DNA of 39,803 nt from Ignavibacteria bacterium (GCA_003235555.1 QJVY01000028.1:1-39803), one strand, 5' to 3'; counted from the first letter of the stretch, positions 8,916 through 18,156 are shown. The notes: generated by a model not told the origin, from the letters alone. Numbers and translations: made by a program.

Positions 8916-10309
8916 ACCCGATCGACATCGAAATCGTTTCGCTCTCGCTGACGTCCGTCTGGAGCATCGAGATGAGCCCGCCGTTGGACTTCCAGGCGAA
9001 CGCCTTCTTCGGATTCCCGGGCGCGGGGTCCGAGGGTGACTCCATTCCCCTGGAGAACTTTTCGCTCGCAACGAGGCCGGCGCCGACATTTTCGGAACCC
9101 AACCCGTTGTGGCATCAATTCCCGAACCAGGACATCGTCCCCGCCCCTCCGGGGATTGTCGCGCTCAACGTGACGGAGTTCAGCGAGTGGGCGTACGCGC
9201 TGCTGGCGACCGACACGTCCGTGGACGTCCCGCACGCCGCAAAGTGGAACATGCTCTCGGTGCCCCTCGAGGCGGCGGACATGCACAAGGACACGCTCTT
9301 CCCAGACGCGACATCGAGCGCGTTCGCCTACAACGCGGGGTACACGACCGAGACGGTCCTCGAGACGGGGCGCGGGTACTGGATGAAATTCGACAGCGCC
9401 GGATCGGACACGCTCTTCGGAGCAGCTGTCCACCAGGACACCTTCGACGTGGTCTCGGGGTGGAACATGGTCGGGTCGATCACCGATCCGGTCCCGGTCG
9501 GTTCCGTATCGACGATACCCCCGGGGATGACCCTGTCGAACTTCTTCGCCTACAATAACGGATACACCGCCGCGACGAGCATCAACCCCGGCGCAGGGTA
9601 CTGGGTGAAGACGTCCGCGGACGGATCCATCATCCTCGACGGGGGTCTCCTGCTGGCGAAAGCCGGCCCGCCGATGGAATATGCCGGCTTCAACCGGCTC
9701 GACGTCTCCGACGCCGCGGGGAACCAGCAGTCGCTCTGGTTCGGACCCGCGGGCGCCGCGACGGCGGGGATGACGACGGAAATGCCGCCACCGCCTCCCG
9801 GGGACCTGCTCGATGCGAGGTTCGGCGACGGAAACATGGTCGAACTCTACGCCGGCAACGACGCACAGAGTTTTGGCGTCAGGCTCACCTCGGCGGTGTA
9901 CCCGGTGACGTTCAGATGGGAGATCGACGACGGGGAGTCTCGTGCCCTGACCCTCAACGGCAAGACGCGGATGGCCGGGAAGGGTTCGATGGTCATGAGG
10001 GAGGCCGGACCCGTGACGATCACCGCGGGCGCGTCGACGGTGCCGGAGAGGTTCGCACTCTCGCAGAACTACCCGAACCCCTTCAACCCGCTGACGAAGA
10101 TCGTCTATGAGCTTCCGGCGGAGGTGAAGGTGAACCTGACGGTGTTCGACATCCTCGGCCGCGAGGTGGCGGTGCTGGCGGACGAGGTCCAGGCCGCGGG
10201 AGTGAAAACCGTGGTGTTCGACGCCGGCGCATTCCCCTCGGGCACCTACTTCTACAGGCTACAGGCCGGCCCCTTCACGGCGACGAAAAAACTCATGCTC
10301 CTGAAGTAA
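8810..10309 (+). CDS. C-terminal part of the same gene in the -1 frame: beta-rich spacer, WNM..GYW.K repeats and T9SS (Por secretion) C-terminal sorting domain
   Basis: Coding-like codon usage in this frame begins at GTC TAC CAG (8810). Two WNM/GYWxK repeats. The tail FALSQNYPNPFNP...VFDILGREVA...SGTYFYRL...KKLMLLK is a typical T9SS CTD. It has no signal peptide of its own. Confidence 0.8.
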   Translation, partial: VYQFLGTGVVLDFQFVAGPVDVTVQRTLGPAQGQIDPIDIEIVSLSLTSVWSIEMSPPLDFQANAFFGFPGAGSEGDSIPLENFSLATRPAPTFSEPNPLWHQFPNQDIVPAPPGIVALNVTEFSEWAYALLATDTSVDVPHAAKWNMLSVPLEAADMHKDTLFPDATSSAFAYNAGYTTETVLETGRGYWMKFDSAGSDTLFGAAVHQDTFDVVSGWNMVGSITDPVPVGSVSTIPPGMTLSNFFAYNNGYTAATSINPGAGYWVKTSADGSIILDGGLLLAKAGPPMEYAGFNRLDVSDAAGNQQSLWFGPAGAATAGMTTEMPPPPPGDLLDARFGDGNMVELYAGNDAQSFGVRLTSAVYPVTFRWEIDDGESRALTLNGKTRMAGKGSMVMREAGPVTITAGASTVPERFALSQNYPNPFNPLTKIVYELPAEVKVNLTVFDILGREVAVLADEVQAAGVKTVVFDAGAFPSGTYFYRLQAGPFTATKKLMLLK

Positions 10310-10339
10310 CCCCCGGACGTTTCACGGGTGTCTCCCACG

Positions 10340-10368
10340 CCCCCGCGGCCCCGCCGCGGGGGTTTTTT
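10340..10368 (+). terminator. Rho-independent terminator
   Basis: CCCCCGCGGC-CCC-GCCGCGGGGG 10-bp stem followed by TTTTTT, 30 bp after the T9SS gene stop. Confidence 0.9.
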
Positions 10369-10444
10369 ATTGCCTTCCCCGCACCGCCTACACCGGTGAT
10401 TTCAGCAGTTGAGTTGATTTTCGCGCTTTCCGTGCCCGTTCTCC

Positions 10445-10473
10445 TTGCACGCATGAGGCCCATTGCTTACATT
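10445..10473 (+). promoter_or_regulatory. sigma70 promoter for the rlmN operon
   Basis: TTGCAC-N17-TACATT, ending 13 bp before the ATG at 10487. Confidence 0.65.
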
Positions 10474-10486
10474 GTACGACTCCGCC

Positions 10487-11704
10487 ATGCACCAAACGAA
10501 CCTAAAAGGGCTCTCCCAGCGGGAGCTCGAGGAGTTCGCACTTTCCCTGGGCGAAAAACCGTACAGGGGGAGGCAACTCTTCGACTGGATCTACAACAAA
10601 CATGTCTCCGATTTCGGGGCGATGACGACCATGTCGTCAGCCCTGCGCGAACGACTGCGCGCGGGCGCGACCATCGACTCGATCGGCCTCACCGGAGAGA
10701 AGCTGTCGGCGTCGGACGGCACGGTGAAGTACCTCTTCGAACTGGCGGACGGCAAAAAAATCGAGAGCGTCCTCATTCCCCCCAGGACGGCGTACAGAAA
10801 TCCTCCACCCTCCCCCGCCGGGGGAGGGCAGGGCCGGACAGGGATGACCGGCGTGGCGGACGGACCCGTGGGACCGCCGGAGACGGGGGAGGAGCCGGCG
10901 GAAGAGGCGGGGTTAAAACGCCATACACTCTGCGTCTCCACCCAGGTGGGATGCCCGCTCGATTGCGTGTTCTGCGCGACCGCGTCGATGGGTTTCGGGA
11001 GGAACCTTACCGCGGGGGAAATCGTGGACCAGGTCCTCGCCGTAAGGGAGATATCCGGGAAAAAAATCTCGAACATCGTGTACATGGGGATGGGGGAACC
11101 GCTCCTCAACTACGAAGAGGTCATGAAATCCGTGGACATCATCTCGTCCGGTCTCGGGATCGCGGCCCGGCGGATCACCATTTCGACCGCGGGATGGGTC
11201 CCGGGCATCCGGAGAATGGCGGACGACGGACGGCGGGTGAAACTCGCCGTATCGCTCCACTCGCTCGACCAGGAATCGCGGGCGAAACTCATGCCCGTGA
11301 CGGTAAAATATCCGCTGGAAGAGCTGCTGGATGCCACGCGCGACTACACGAGGAGAACGGGGCAGAGGGTGACATTCGAGTACATTCTCTTCAGGGACTG
11401 GAACGACCGCGAGGAGGACCTGAGGGCGCTGGCTTCCCTCGCCGGGAGCATGCCGTGCAAGGTGAACATCATCCCGTTCCACGACATCGCGTTTGCGCTT
11501 CCGGGCGCCGGGTCCGGCCTCCGCCCTTCCCCGCCCGCCCGTATCGATGAGTTCGCGGCCCGGCTGCGCGAAAAGAACCTCACGGTGTTCGTGCGGAGCA
11601 GCGCCGGCGAAGACATCAACGCGGCCTGCGGACAGCTCGCCGTTGCCGCATCCCCCCGTCCCGGTCCGGTCCGCCGCCGCCGGCCTTCCCCTGCCCGTGT
11701 CTGA
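10487..11704 (+). CDS. rlmN: 23S rRNA/tRNA m2A methyltransferase RlmN (radical SAM) with an internal low-complexity insertion
   Basis: CVSTQVGCPLDCVFCAT (CxxxCxxC), RNLTAGEI, MGMGEPL, ITISTAG and DINAACGQL. ATG 10487 is preferred over the TTG at 10463, which lies inside the promoter. Confidence 0.96.
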   Translation: MHQTNLKGLSQRELEEFALSLGEKPYRGRQLFDWIYNKHVSDFGAMTTMSSALRERLRAGATIDSIGLTGEKLSASDGTVKYLFELADGKKIESVLIPPRTAYRNPPPSPAGGGQGRTGMTGVADGPVGPPETGEEPAEEAGLKRHTLCVSTQVGCPLDCVFCATASMGFGRNLTAGEIVDQVLAVREISGKKISNIVYMGMGEPLLNYEEVMKSVDIISSGLGIAARRITISTAGWVPGIRRMADDGRRVKLAVSLHSLDQESRAKLMPVTVKYPLEELLDATRDYTRRTGQRVTFEYILFRDWNDREEDLRALASLAGSMPCKVNIIPFHDIAFALPGAGSGLRPSPPARIDEFAARLREKNLTVFVRSSAGEDINAACGQLAVAASPRPGPVRRRRPSPARV

Positions 11705-11722
11705 AAAGAAAGGAACCCCGTC

Positions 11723-14161
11723 ATGCTCCGACTGCTGACAATCCTGATCTGCCTCCTGCCCGCCTGGAGTCCGGCCCCTGCCCAGGGGGGCCCGTACCCC
11801 CCCGTCAACCACCCGAGGGACAGGCACTACGATGTCCTGAACTACCGTCTCACGCTCGACGCCGACCTCGTGACGAAAACCGTTTCAGGGGAGGCGGAAA
11901 TCACGCTGGTCCCGATCGTCCCGATGCTGGACGTCGTCCGGCTCGACGCCGCGGTGATGACCGTTTCGCGCGTGAAGGTGGACGGCGCGCCGGCGGAATT
12001 TTCACACGCCGGTGACACCCTCTCGGTACCGCTCGGGAAACTCCGCACTCCCGCGGACACCCTGACGGTGACGGTGGCCTACTCCGTCACGGATCCCCCG
12101 AAGGGGTTGTATTTCTCCGGTCCGGACGAGTCGGAACCGGACAAGCCGTACCAGCTGTATTCCCAGGGAGAATCCATGGAAAACCATTTCTGGATCCCCT
12201 GTTACGATTTTCCGAACGACAAGGCCACAAGCGAGATGATCGTGACGGTGAAGACGGGATTCACCGCCATCAGCAATGGACGGTTCCTCGGGGCGAAGAA
12301 GGACCTGACGGGCGAACACACGACCTTCCACTGGAAGGAATCTCTGCCGCACGTCTCGTACCTGATCTCGCTGGTCGTCGGCGAGTACGAACTCGTGGCG
12401 GACGAGTGGCGGGGGAAACCCATCATGAACTACGTCTACAAATCCAACGCGGCCGATGCACCGCGATCATTTGAAAAAACCCCGGCGATGATGGATTTTT
12501 TCTCCGACCTGACGGGTTACCCCTATCCCTGGGAAAAATACGGCCACGCGATCGTTCAGGATTTCATCTACGGCGGCCAGGAAAACGTCACCATCTCCAC
12601 GCTGACGGACAACACCATACACGACAGCAGGGCGCATCTTGACCGCAACAGCGACGGGCTGGTGGCGCACGAACTGGCCCACCAGTGGTTCGGCGACCTC
12701 GTCAGCTTCCGCGACTGGTCCGAGGCGTGGCTCTCCGAAGGTTTCGCCACCTACCTGACTCTGCTCTCCGAGGGACACGACAAGGGGGAGGAGGAATTTT
12801 CGTACCAGCTGAAGCAGACGCAGGACAACGTGGTGAACGCCGACGTGGGCGACCGCAGGAGGCCGACCGTCACCAAGCGCTACGTCAGTCCGGAAAACCT
12901 CTTCGACAACCGCATCTACGGGAAGGGGGCGTGCGTGCTGAACATGCTGAGGAAAACGGTCGGGGACGGGCCCTTCCTGAAATCACTCCGCAGGTACGTA
13001 TCGGAGTACGCGTTCACCTCGGTCGAAACGAACCAGTTCAGGCTCGTGACCGAGGAGGTGACGGGGATGAACCTCGACTGGTTCTTTGATCAATGGGTTT
13101 ACGGCGCCGGGTATCCGAAGTTCGACGTCTCCACCCGATGGGACCAGGCGCTGCGCGCCGTCACCGTTCGCGTCGCGCAGACCCAGGAGACCGATTCGCT
13201 CACGGGGGTCTTCAGGACGCCCGTGGAGATCCAGGTGTGGGTCAACGGCAACCCGGAGTCGTACACGGAAATGATCACCGACACCGTGCACGAGTTCTCG
13301 TTCCCGGCCTACCAGGAACCCCAGCTGGTGATCTTCGACAGGGGGAGCGATCTGCTGAAAACGGCCGTCTTCCCCAAGGGGACCGACCAGTGGATCTACC
13401 AGCTCTCGCACGCGGCCGACGTCGCGGACCGCGTGGCCGCCGTCTCCGAACTCCGGTGGACGGTGGACACGCCGGCGGTGAAAGCCGCCCTCACGGAGGC
13501 GATGATCGGAGACCGCTACTGGGGCGTGAGGTACGAGGCGGCCCTCGCCCTGGCCGATTCGAAGTCCAGCCGGCCGGAGACGGAGATGAACGCGGCGTAC
13601 GGCGACCGCGACGCACGCGTCCGCGGCGCGGTGGTGCGGGCGCTCGGGAATTTCGGCGGGGAGGAGGCGGTCCGCACGCTGCGGCACGCCTTCGAGAGCG
13701 ATTCCAGTTACAGGGTGATCGCCAACGCGCTCGCGGCGCTCGTCAAATGCGACTCTGTCAACAGCAGGACCCTCTGTATCGACGGCCTGACCAGGAGCGG
13801 CGTGGACGACGAGGTCCGGAACGCCGCGCTCCGGGGGCTCGCCACGTACACGCGCGTCGAAGGGACGATCGACACGCTCACGGCCTACAGCAGGCCCGGG
13901 AAGCCGCGCAACCTGAGGGTGCTCGCGGTATCCCTGCTGGCCAGACACCGCGAGGACGACGACGTCATGGAGTACCTCATCGGCCTTCTCGACGACCGGA
14001 GTTTTCACGTGCGCAGGGCCGTCATCGACAACCTCGGAAGGTCGGGGTACGAGGACGCCCTGACCCCGCTGAGGCGCCGCCTGGTGGAAGAGCCCAACAC
14101 CCGTCTCCAGCAGGCGATCCGGGAGGCGATCGACCGATTAGAGAAAACCATCAACGACTAA
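11723..14161 (+). CDS. Exported M1-family aminopeptidase with C-terminal HEAT repeats
   Basis: AAGGA RBS and signal peptide. W.PC.D.P.DKAT, GGQEN, HELAHQWFGD-WLSEGFATY (HExxH-x18-E), YGKG. VR..A..ALG helical repeats at the C-terminus. Confidence 0.92.
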   Translation: MLRLLTILICLLPAWSPAPAQGGPYPPVNHPRDRHYDVLNYRLTLDADLVTKTVSGEAEITLVPIVPMLDVVRLDAAVMTVSRVKVDGAPAEFSHAGDTLSVPLGKLRTPADTLTVTVAYSVTDPPKGLYFSGPDESEPDKPYQLYSQGESMENHFWIPCYDFPNDKATSEMIVTVKTGFTAISNGRFLGAKKDLTGEHTTFHWKESLPHVSYLISLVVGEYELVADEWRGKPIMNYVYKSNAADAPRSFEKTPAMMDFFSDLTGYPYPWEKYGHAIVQDFIYGGQENVTISTLTDNTIHDSRAHLDRNSDGLVAHELAHQWFGDLVSFRDWSEAWLSEGFATYLTLLSEGHDKGEEEFSYQLKQTQDNVVNADVGDRRRPTVTKRYVSPENLFDNRIYGKGACVLNMLRKTVGDGPFLKSLRRYVSEYAFTSVETNQFRLVTEEVTGMNLDWFFDQWVYGAGYPKFDVSTRWDQALRAVTVRVAQTQETDSLTGVFRTPVEIQVWVNGNPESYTEMITDTVHEFSFPAYQEPQLVIFDRGSDLLKTAVFPKGTDQWIYQLSHAADVADRVAAVSELRWTVDTPAVKAALTEAMIGDRYWGVRYEAALALADSKSSRPETEMNAAYGDRDARVRGAVVRALGNFGGEEAVRTLRHAFESDSSYRVIANALAALVKCDSVNSRTLCIDGLTRSGVDDEVRNAALRGLATYTRVEGTIDTLTAYSRPGKPRNLRVLAVSLLARHREDDDVMEYLIGLLDDRSFHVRRAVIDNLGRSGYEDALTPLRRRLVEEPNTRLQQAIREAIDRLEKTIND

Positions 14162-14175
14162 CCAGCAGACCACTC

Positions 14176-14823
14176 ATGCGTGTAATATTTTTCGGTCCCC
14201 CCGGCGTCGGGAAAGGGACCCAGGCGAAACTCCTCTCCTCGAGGATGCAGATCCCCCAGATCGCGACCGGAGACATGCTTCGCGATGCGGTGTCCGCCGG
14301 GACCCCCGTCGGCCTCCAGGCGGAGGAAATCATGCATTCGGGAAAGCTCGTTCCCGACGACGTGATGATCGGGATCATCCGGGAGGTCCTGGGTTCACCG
14401 CGGTGCGCCCGTGGATTCATCCTCGACGGTTTCCCGAGGACGCTCCCCCAGGCGGAAGCCCTCACCGCCCTTCTGGAAGAACTCGGCATCAGCCTCGACC
14501 GCGTCATCAATTTCATCGTGGACGAACAGGAGATCATCCGCCGGCTCACCCGGAGGGTGAGCTGCCCGGTGTGCGGTTCGATCTTCAACCTCGGGGTGAA
14601 GGACCCCGGGGGGAACCGGGTCTGTCCCAACTGCAACGGCGAGCTGGTCCAGCGCGACGACGACCGTCCGGAGACCGTGATCAAACGCCTCTCGGTCTAC
14701 CACCAGTCCACCGAACCCGTGCGCACGTACTACCTCCAGCGCGGGATCCTCGTCGATATCCAGGGGTCGGGGTCCGTGAAGTCCGTCCACGAACAGATCC
14801 TCGCCCTCCTCAACCATTCCTGA
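14176..14823 (+). CDS. adk: Adenylate kinase with zinc-binding LID
   Basis: ATG at 14176. GPPGVGKGTQA, TGDMLR, GFILDGFPRT, CPVC-x16-CPNC and QRDDD. Confidence 0.97.
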   Translation: MRVIFFGPPGVGKGTQAKLLSSRMQIPQIATGDMLRDAVSAGTPVGLQAEEIMHSGKLVPDDVMIGIIREVLGSPRCARGFILDGFPRTLPQAEALTALLEELGISLDRVINFIVDEQEIIRRLTRRVSCPVCGSIFNLGVKDPGGNRVCPNCNGELVQRDDDRPETVIKRLSVYHQSTEPVRTYYLQRGILVDIQGSGSVKSVHEQILALLNHS

Positions 14824-14833
14824 AGTCTTCCCG

Positions 14834-15604
14834 ATGTTTTCCTGGAGGAGCGTTCCCCGGGACCGTCAGCTGATCATCGCCCACAGGGGTGCATCACGCC
14901 GGGCCCCGGAGAACACCCTCGCGGCTTTCCGCAGGGCGGTGGCCGACGGCGCGGACGCATTCGAGCTCGACGCACGGCTGAGCGCGGACGGTAAGGTCGT
15001 GATCATCCACGACCGCAACCTTCTTCGCACGACCGGCGCGACCGGGAGGGTGTCACGCACGGAGTCCGGGACGATACGCCGGTTGTCAGCCGGGTTCTGG
15101 TTTTCACCGGAATTCGACGGGGAACGGGTCCCATTCCTTGAGGAGGCGCTGGACATCGCCGACGGCCGCGTGGGGGTGAACATCGAACTGAAATTCGATT
15201 CCCGAAGGGAAGACCCGGGGCCGCTGGTGCGAAGGGTCTGCGACATCGTGAGGGACCGCCCCCGCCGTGACAACGTCCTCATCAGTTCCTTCCACCACCG
15301 CGCGCTCGAACTCCAGCGCACCGTCGCACCCGGGATCGGGACCGGCGTGCTCGTCTACCCACCGGGGGTCCCGACGACGTCGGGCGTGCGCCTGGCGGGA
15401 CGCCTGGGCGCCGGCTGGCTCATCTACAGCGGGGGAAATATCAGGAAGGCGTTCGTCGATCGGGCGCGATCGGGTGGTTTCGGGACCCTCGAGTACACGG
15501 TCGACGGGAGGGCGCGCCTCCGGAGGGCCGCCGCCATGGGGGTGGACGGGGTGATCACGAATGATCCGGCTGCTGCCGCCGCCGGACTGGCGAAAACAGA
15601 ATGA
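14834..15604 (+). CDS. Glycerophosphodiester phosphodiesterase (GDPD family)
   Basis: IIAHRG...APENTLAAF, ELD...SADG..VIIHD, NIELK, ISSF and GVDGVITN. Confidence 0.93.
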   Translation: MFSWRSVPRDRQLIIAHRGASRRAPENTLAAFRRAVADGADAFELDARLSADGKVVIIHDRNLLRTTGATGRVSRTESGTIRRLSAGFWFSPEFDGERVPFLEEALDIADGRVGVNIELKFDSRREDPGPLVRRVCDIVRDRPRRDNVLISSFHHRALELQRTVAPGIGTGVLVYPPGVPTTSGVRLAGRLGAGWLIYSGGNIRKAFVDRARSGGFGTLEYTVDGRARLRRAAAMGVDGVITNDPAAAAAGLAKTE

Positions 15605-15614
15605 CGGGTGGAGG

Positions 15615-16172
15615 CTACCTGGCGCTGACGAAGACCTGTGTATACAGCTTCGCCTGCATGGTAAAATGGAGGGACCTGCTGTCCGCCCGGAAATCCCCGG
15701 ACATGCGGAGCGTCCGGTCGGCCGACCCGGGGGCGAGGGCGGACCTCACGAGATCGACACCCCCCGGGTCGTAGCTGAACCCCGGAGCGTACGTGAATAT
15801 CGACCGTTCCGGGGAGAAGGAGGCGAGAGGGACGTCGCTGAAATTCAAAAACGGCACGCCGTTGACAGTGATCGAGCCCGTGAGCCGGGTCGTGAGCGCG
15901 GCGCTGTCGCCTTCGGAGATGAAGGTCAGGTTGTAGAATTTCACCGAGTCCACCCCCTCGAACTCATCGTAAATCCCCGCCAGGTCGATCGAATCCGAAA
16001 CCGTGAAGGACGGCTCGAAGAAGGGGGGTATTTCGGCGTCCACAGGGAACTTCGCCGTGGCGACGCTCCCGTCCAGGATGAGGGGACTGGTCCCGAGCTC
16101 GCAGCCGGCGGCGAAGACCGCCGCGAGCCCCATGAGGATGGAAATCCCGCGGAGATGTCCCCGCCTCCCCAC
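15615..16172 (-). CDS. Hypothetical beta-rich lipoprotein
   Basis: Basic N-terminus, hydrophobic stretch and lipobox FAAGC. Starts immediately after the DUF6588-like gene stop. Confidence 0.7.
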   Translation of the reverse strand: MGRRGHLRGISILMGLAAVFAAGCELGTSPLILDGSVATAKFPVDAEIPPFFEPSFTVSDSIDLAGIYDEFEGVDSVKFYNLTFISEGDSAALTTRLTGSITVNGVPFLNFSDVPLASFSPERSIFTYAPGFSYDPGGVDLVRSALAPGSADRTLRMSGDFRADSRSLHFTMQAKLYTQVFVSAR

Positions 16173-17084
16173 CTAGAACCCCACCCCGACCGTCCCGGTG
16201 ACGACCGTGACGTTCCCGACGCCGATGTCGGTGTAGAGGTTCACCCCGATGAGATTGAGGCCGAAACCCGTCGTCCACCGGAGCACGTTGTCCGTCGAGT
16301 AATGGAGGCTGACCTTCGAGTCCGGCGTCGATCCGTAGCCGGTGTACGTGTAATTGACGTCGATGACGGTCGATTCGTGCTGGACCCCGCCGTAGACGGT
16401 GAAGAGCGAAACCGAGGTGCCGACCATGAGCGATACGTTGCGCGCGCTGACGCCGATGACGTCGCCGATTTTCAGAGTCTGCCAGAAGGCGCCCACCGTC
16501 GCCTCGAACGGCAACCCGGGGATGTACTGGCTGACGCTGTGCCTCGCGCCGTATCCCACGAGGGAACTGCCCGGAAAATCCCGCACCGACGGAACCACCG
16601 CGAACCGGAGGATGGCCTCGGTCCCGAACAGGTTGCCGACGGTCAGCTGGGGTGTGCCGAGGCCGAAGAGGTCGGCCCGGATCTGACCGTTCTGAAACTG
16701 GTACTCCAGCCCCCCGGGACCGGTCACGGTCGTACCGGTGCCTCCGAGGACCGTCGCGGTCCTGACGGGCGTGCGGTCGAAGGGCTCGGGCGGCGTGGCG
16801 AAGTAGTACCGTTCGCGTCCGGTGATGAGCATCCCCGAGCCGGTGATTTCGAGCCTGGCGTGGAACCCGCCCTCCGAGAGGTGAGGTGAATGATAGAGCC
16901 CGGAGTTCAGGTTCGCCCCGAACCCGTCGATGATCGGTTGTACGTACCCGCGGACGTTGTCCGATGAGAGCTGCCTGAGCGCGTCCGTCACGGCGTCCTG
17001 GGCGGAGAGGCGCCCCAGCGGACCCATCACGGCGACGCCCAGCAGGAAGAAGAAGATCCTCAGAATGATCCGACGGATTTTCAT
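16173..17084 (-). CDS. Outer-membrane beta-barrel protein, DUF6588-like
   Basis: Signal peptide. Y.QP...GFGANLNSG.Y, PQL.VG..GTE..LRF and GYGARHS.SQY patterns. C-terminal VGVGF barrel signature. Confidence 0.7.
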   Translation of the reverse strand: MKIRRIILRIFFFLLGVAVMGPLGRLSAQDAVTDALRQLSSDNVRGYVQPIIDGFGANLNSGLYHSPHLSEGGFHARLEITGSGMLITGRERYYFATPPEPFDRTPVRTATVLGGTGTTVTGPGGLEYQFQNGQIRADLFGLGTPQLTVGNLFGTEAILRFAVVPSVRDFPGSSLVGYGARHSVSQYIPGLPFEATVGAFWQTLKIGDVIGVSARNVSLMVGTSVSLFTVYGGVQHESTVIDVNYTYTGYGSTPDSKVSLHYSTDNVLRWTTGFGLNLIGVNLYTDIGVGNVTVVTGTVGVGF

Positions 17085-17089
17085 ACGAA

Positions 17090-17151
17090 AGGATAGTCAT
17101 CACGGGGGTTGAAACCAAGCCGGAAGGGGGTCGGGTGTGACGCACATCACC
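17090..17151 (-). promoter_or_regulatory. sigma70 promoter plus CRP-type box upstream of the DUF6588-like gene
   Basis: Minus strand TTGGTT(17118-17113)-N17-TATCCT(17095-17090). TGTGA-CGCACA-TCACC at 17136-17151 matches 9/10 of TGTGA-N6-TCACA. Confidence 0.5.
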
Positions 17152-17205
17152 GATCTGGCCGTTGTGCGCCTCCAGGGGCGCGCGACGGGGTGATTGCGCC
17201 GGGGG

Positions 17206-17235
17206 AAAATAAAAACCCGGCCGTTGGGGCCGGGT
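17206..17235 (-). terminator. Rho-independent terminator after the toast-rack gene
   Basis: Minus strand ACCCGGCC-CCAAC-GGCCGGGT followed by TTTTATTTT. Confidence 0.85.
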
Positions 17236-17265
17236 CCGGACATTCCCTGCGGGTCAGTGAGAGGG

Positions 17266-18156
17266 TCAGTCGCGCCGGATCCTGACGCTGCCGAAGCCGG
17301 CCTCGACGCGGATGTTGAGCCTTCCGCCGGCCGACCGGTAGTTGTCGGTCTGGTACTCTGTGTCGGACTGCTTGACGAATTCGGGGTCGATATCGAACTC
17401 GCAGATCCAGCTCTTGTCGTAGAGGATCCGGGCTCCGATATTGGAGGGAATGGTGATGGTGAGCGTACCCAACCCGACCTCCGCGTCGACGTCCGCCTCG
17501 TTTTTCAGGGCGCCGCTGAAGTCCAGCGAGTACCGGCCGACGCCCCCCTCGAAACGGAGATGTTTGAAGTTGGCGTTGCCGAGACCCATCGCGCGGAACT
17601 TGCTGAGGCCCGCTTCGATGGTCATGTTGTCAATGCGGTTTCGGTTGGGTTCATTGAACGCCAGCCTCACCGATGACGCGCCGGTGGAGAGATCGAAGTC
17701 CTTGACGTTCAGGCCCGACATGTCGATGTCCCCCTCGCCCAGGCCGAGCTCGATGTCGAACGAAATGGGGATGGCGTCGGTGTACCGGAGGTTCCAGGAG
17801 GTCGATTCCAGGTTCCACGACCTGTGTTTCCCCTTGCCTTTCTTCTCCTTCCCCTCCGGACTCAGGTCGACCGAAACGTACCCGATGCCGTCCCTTTCGG
17901 AGTAGTCGATCTCGCCCCTGCCGCTGCCCGATTCCTCGGTTGCCCGCTCGGCGTCGAGTATGGACGAGGCGTTTCCGCGTGAAACGGAGATGTCCGCGAG
18001 CCCGCCCTCGATGGTCACCTTGAGTTCCTTCTCGTTGCCGAGGGGGATCTTCTTGAAGGGCTTGAAGTCGGTCAGGATCATCGCGAACCCGGTCAGGCCC
18101 ACGAAGAGGGCCATGGCCGCCGCAATCCGGACAGATGTTTTGTTCAGGTTTTTCAT
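17266..18156 (-). CDS. Exported toast-rack (DUF2154/LiaF-LiaG-like) beta-solenoid envelope protein
   Basis: N-terminal signal/TM segment. Repeated L.I..G.G...LD units (ELGLGEGDID, STGASSV, EAGLSK, EGGVGRYSLD, EVGLGTLTI, EAGFGSVRI). Confidence 0.75.
   Translation of the reverse strand: MKNLNKTSVRIAAAMALFVGLTGFAMILTDFKPFKKIPLGNEKELKVTIEGGLADISVSRGNASSILDAERATEESGSGRGEIDYSERDGIGYVSVDLSPEGKEKKGKGKHRSWNLESTSWNLRYTDAIPISFDIELGLGEGDIDMSGLNVKDFDLSTGASSVRLAFNEPNRNRIDNMTIEAGLSKFRAMGLGNANFKHLRFEGGVGRYSLDFSGALKNEADVDAEVGLGTLTITIPSNIGARILYDKSWICEFDIDPEFVKQSDTEYQTDNYRSAGGRLNIRVEAGFGSVRIRRD

Noticed and set aside
10780-10920. Intein in RlmN
   Set aside because: Too short, with no N-terminal Cys/Ser block and no His-Asn C-terminus.
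13093-14175. Apparent 576-aa adenylate kinase fusion
   Set aside because: The upstream part is an off-frame overlap with the M1 gene. Adk starts at ATG 14176. The same applies to the extended ORF-track starts for the NTF2 protein, M16, tmk, murA, the GT-C genes and eno.
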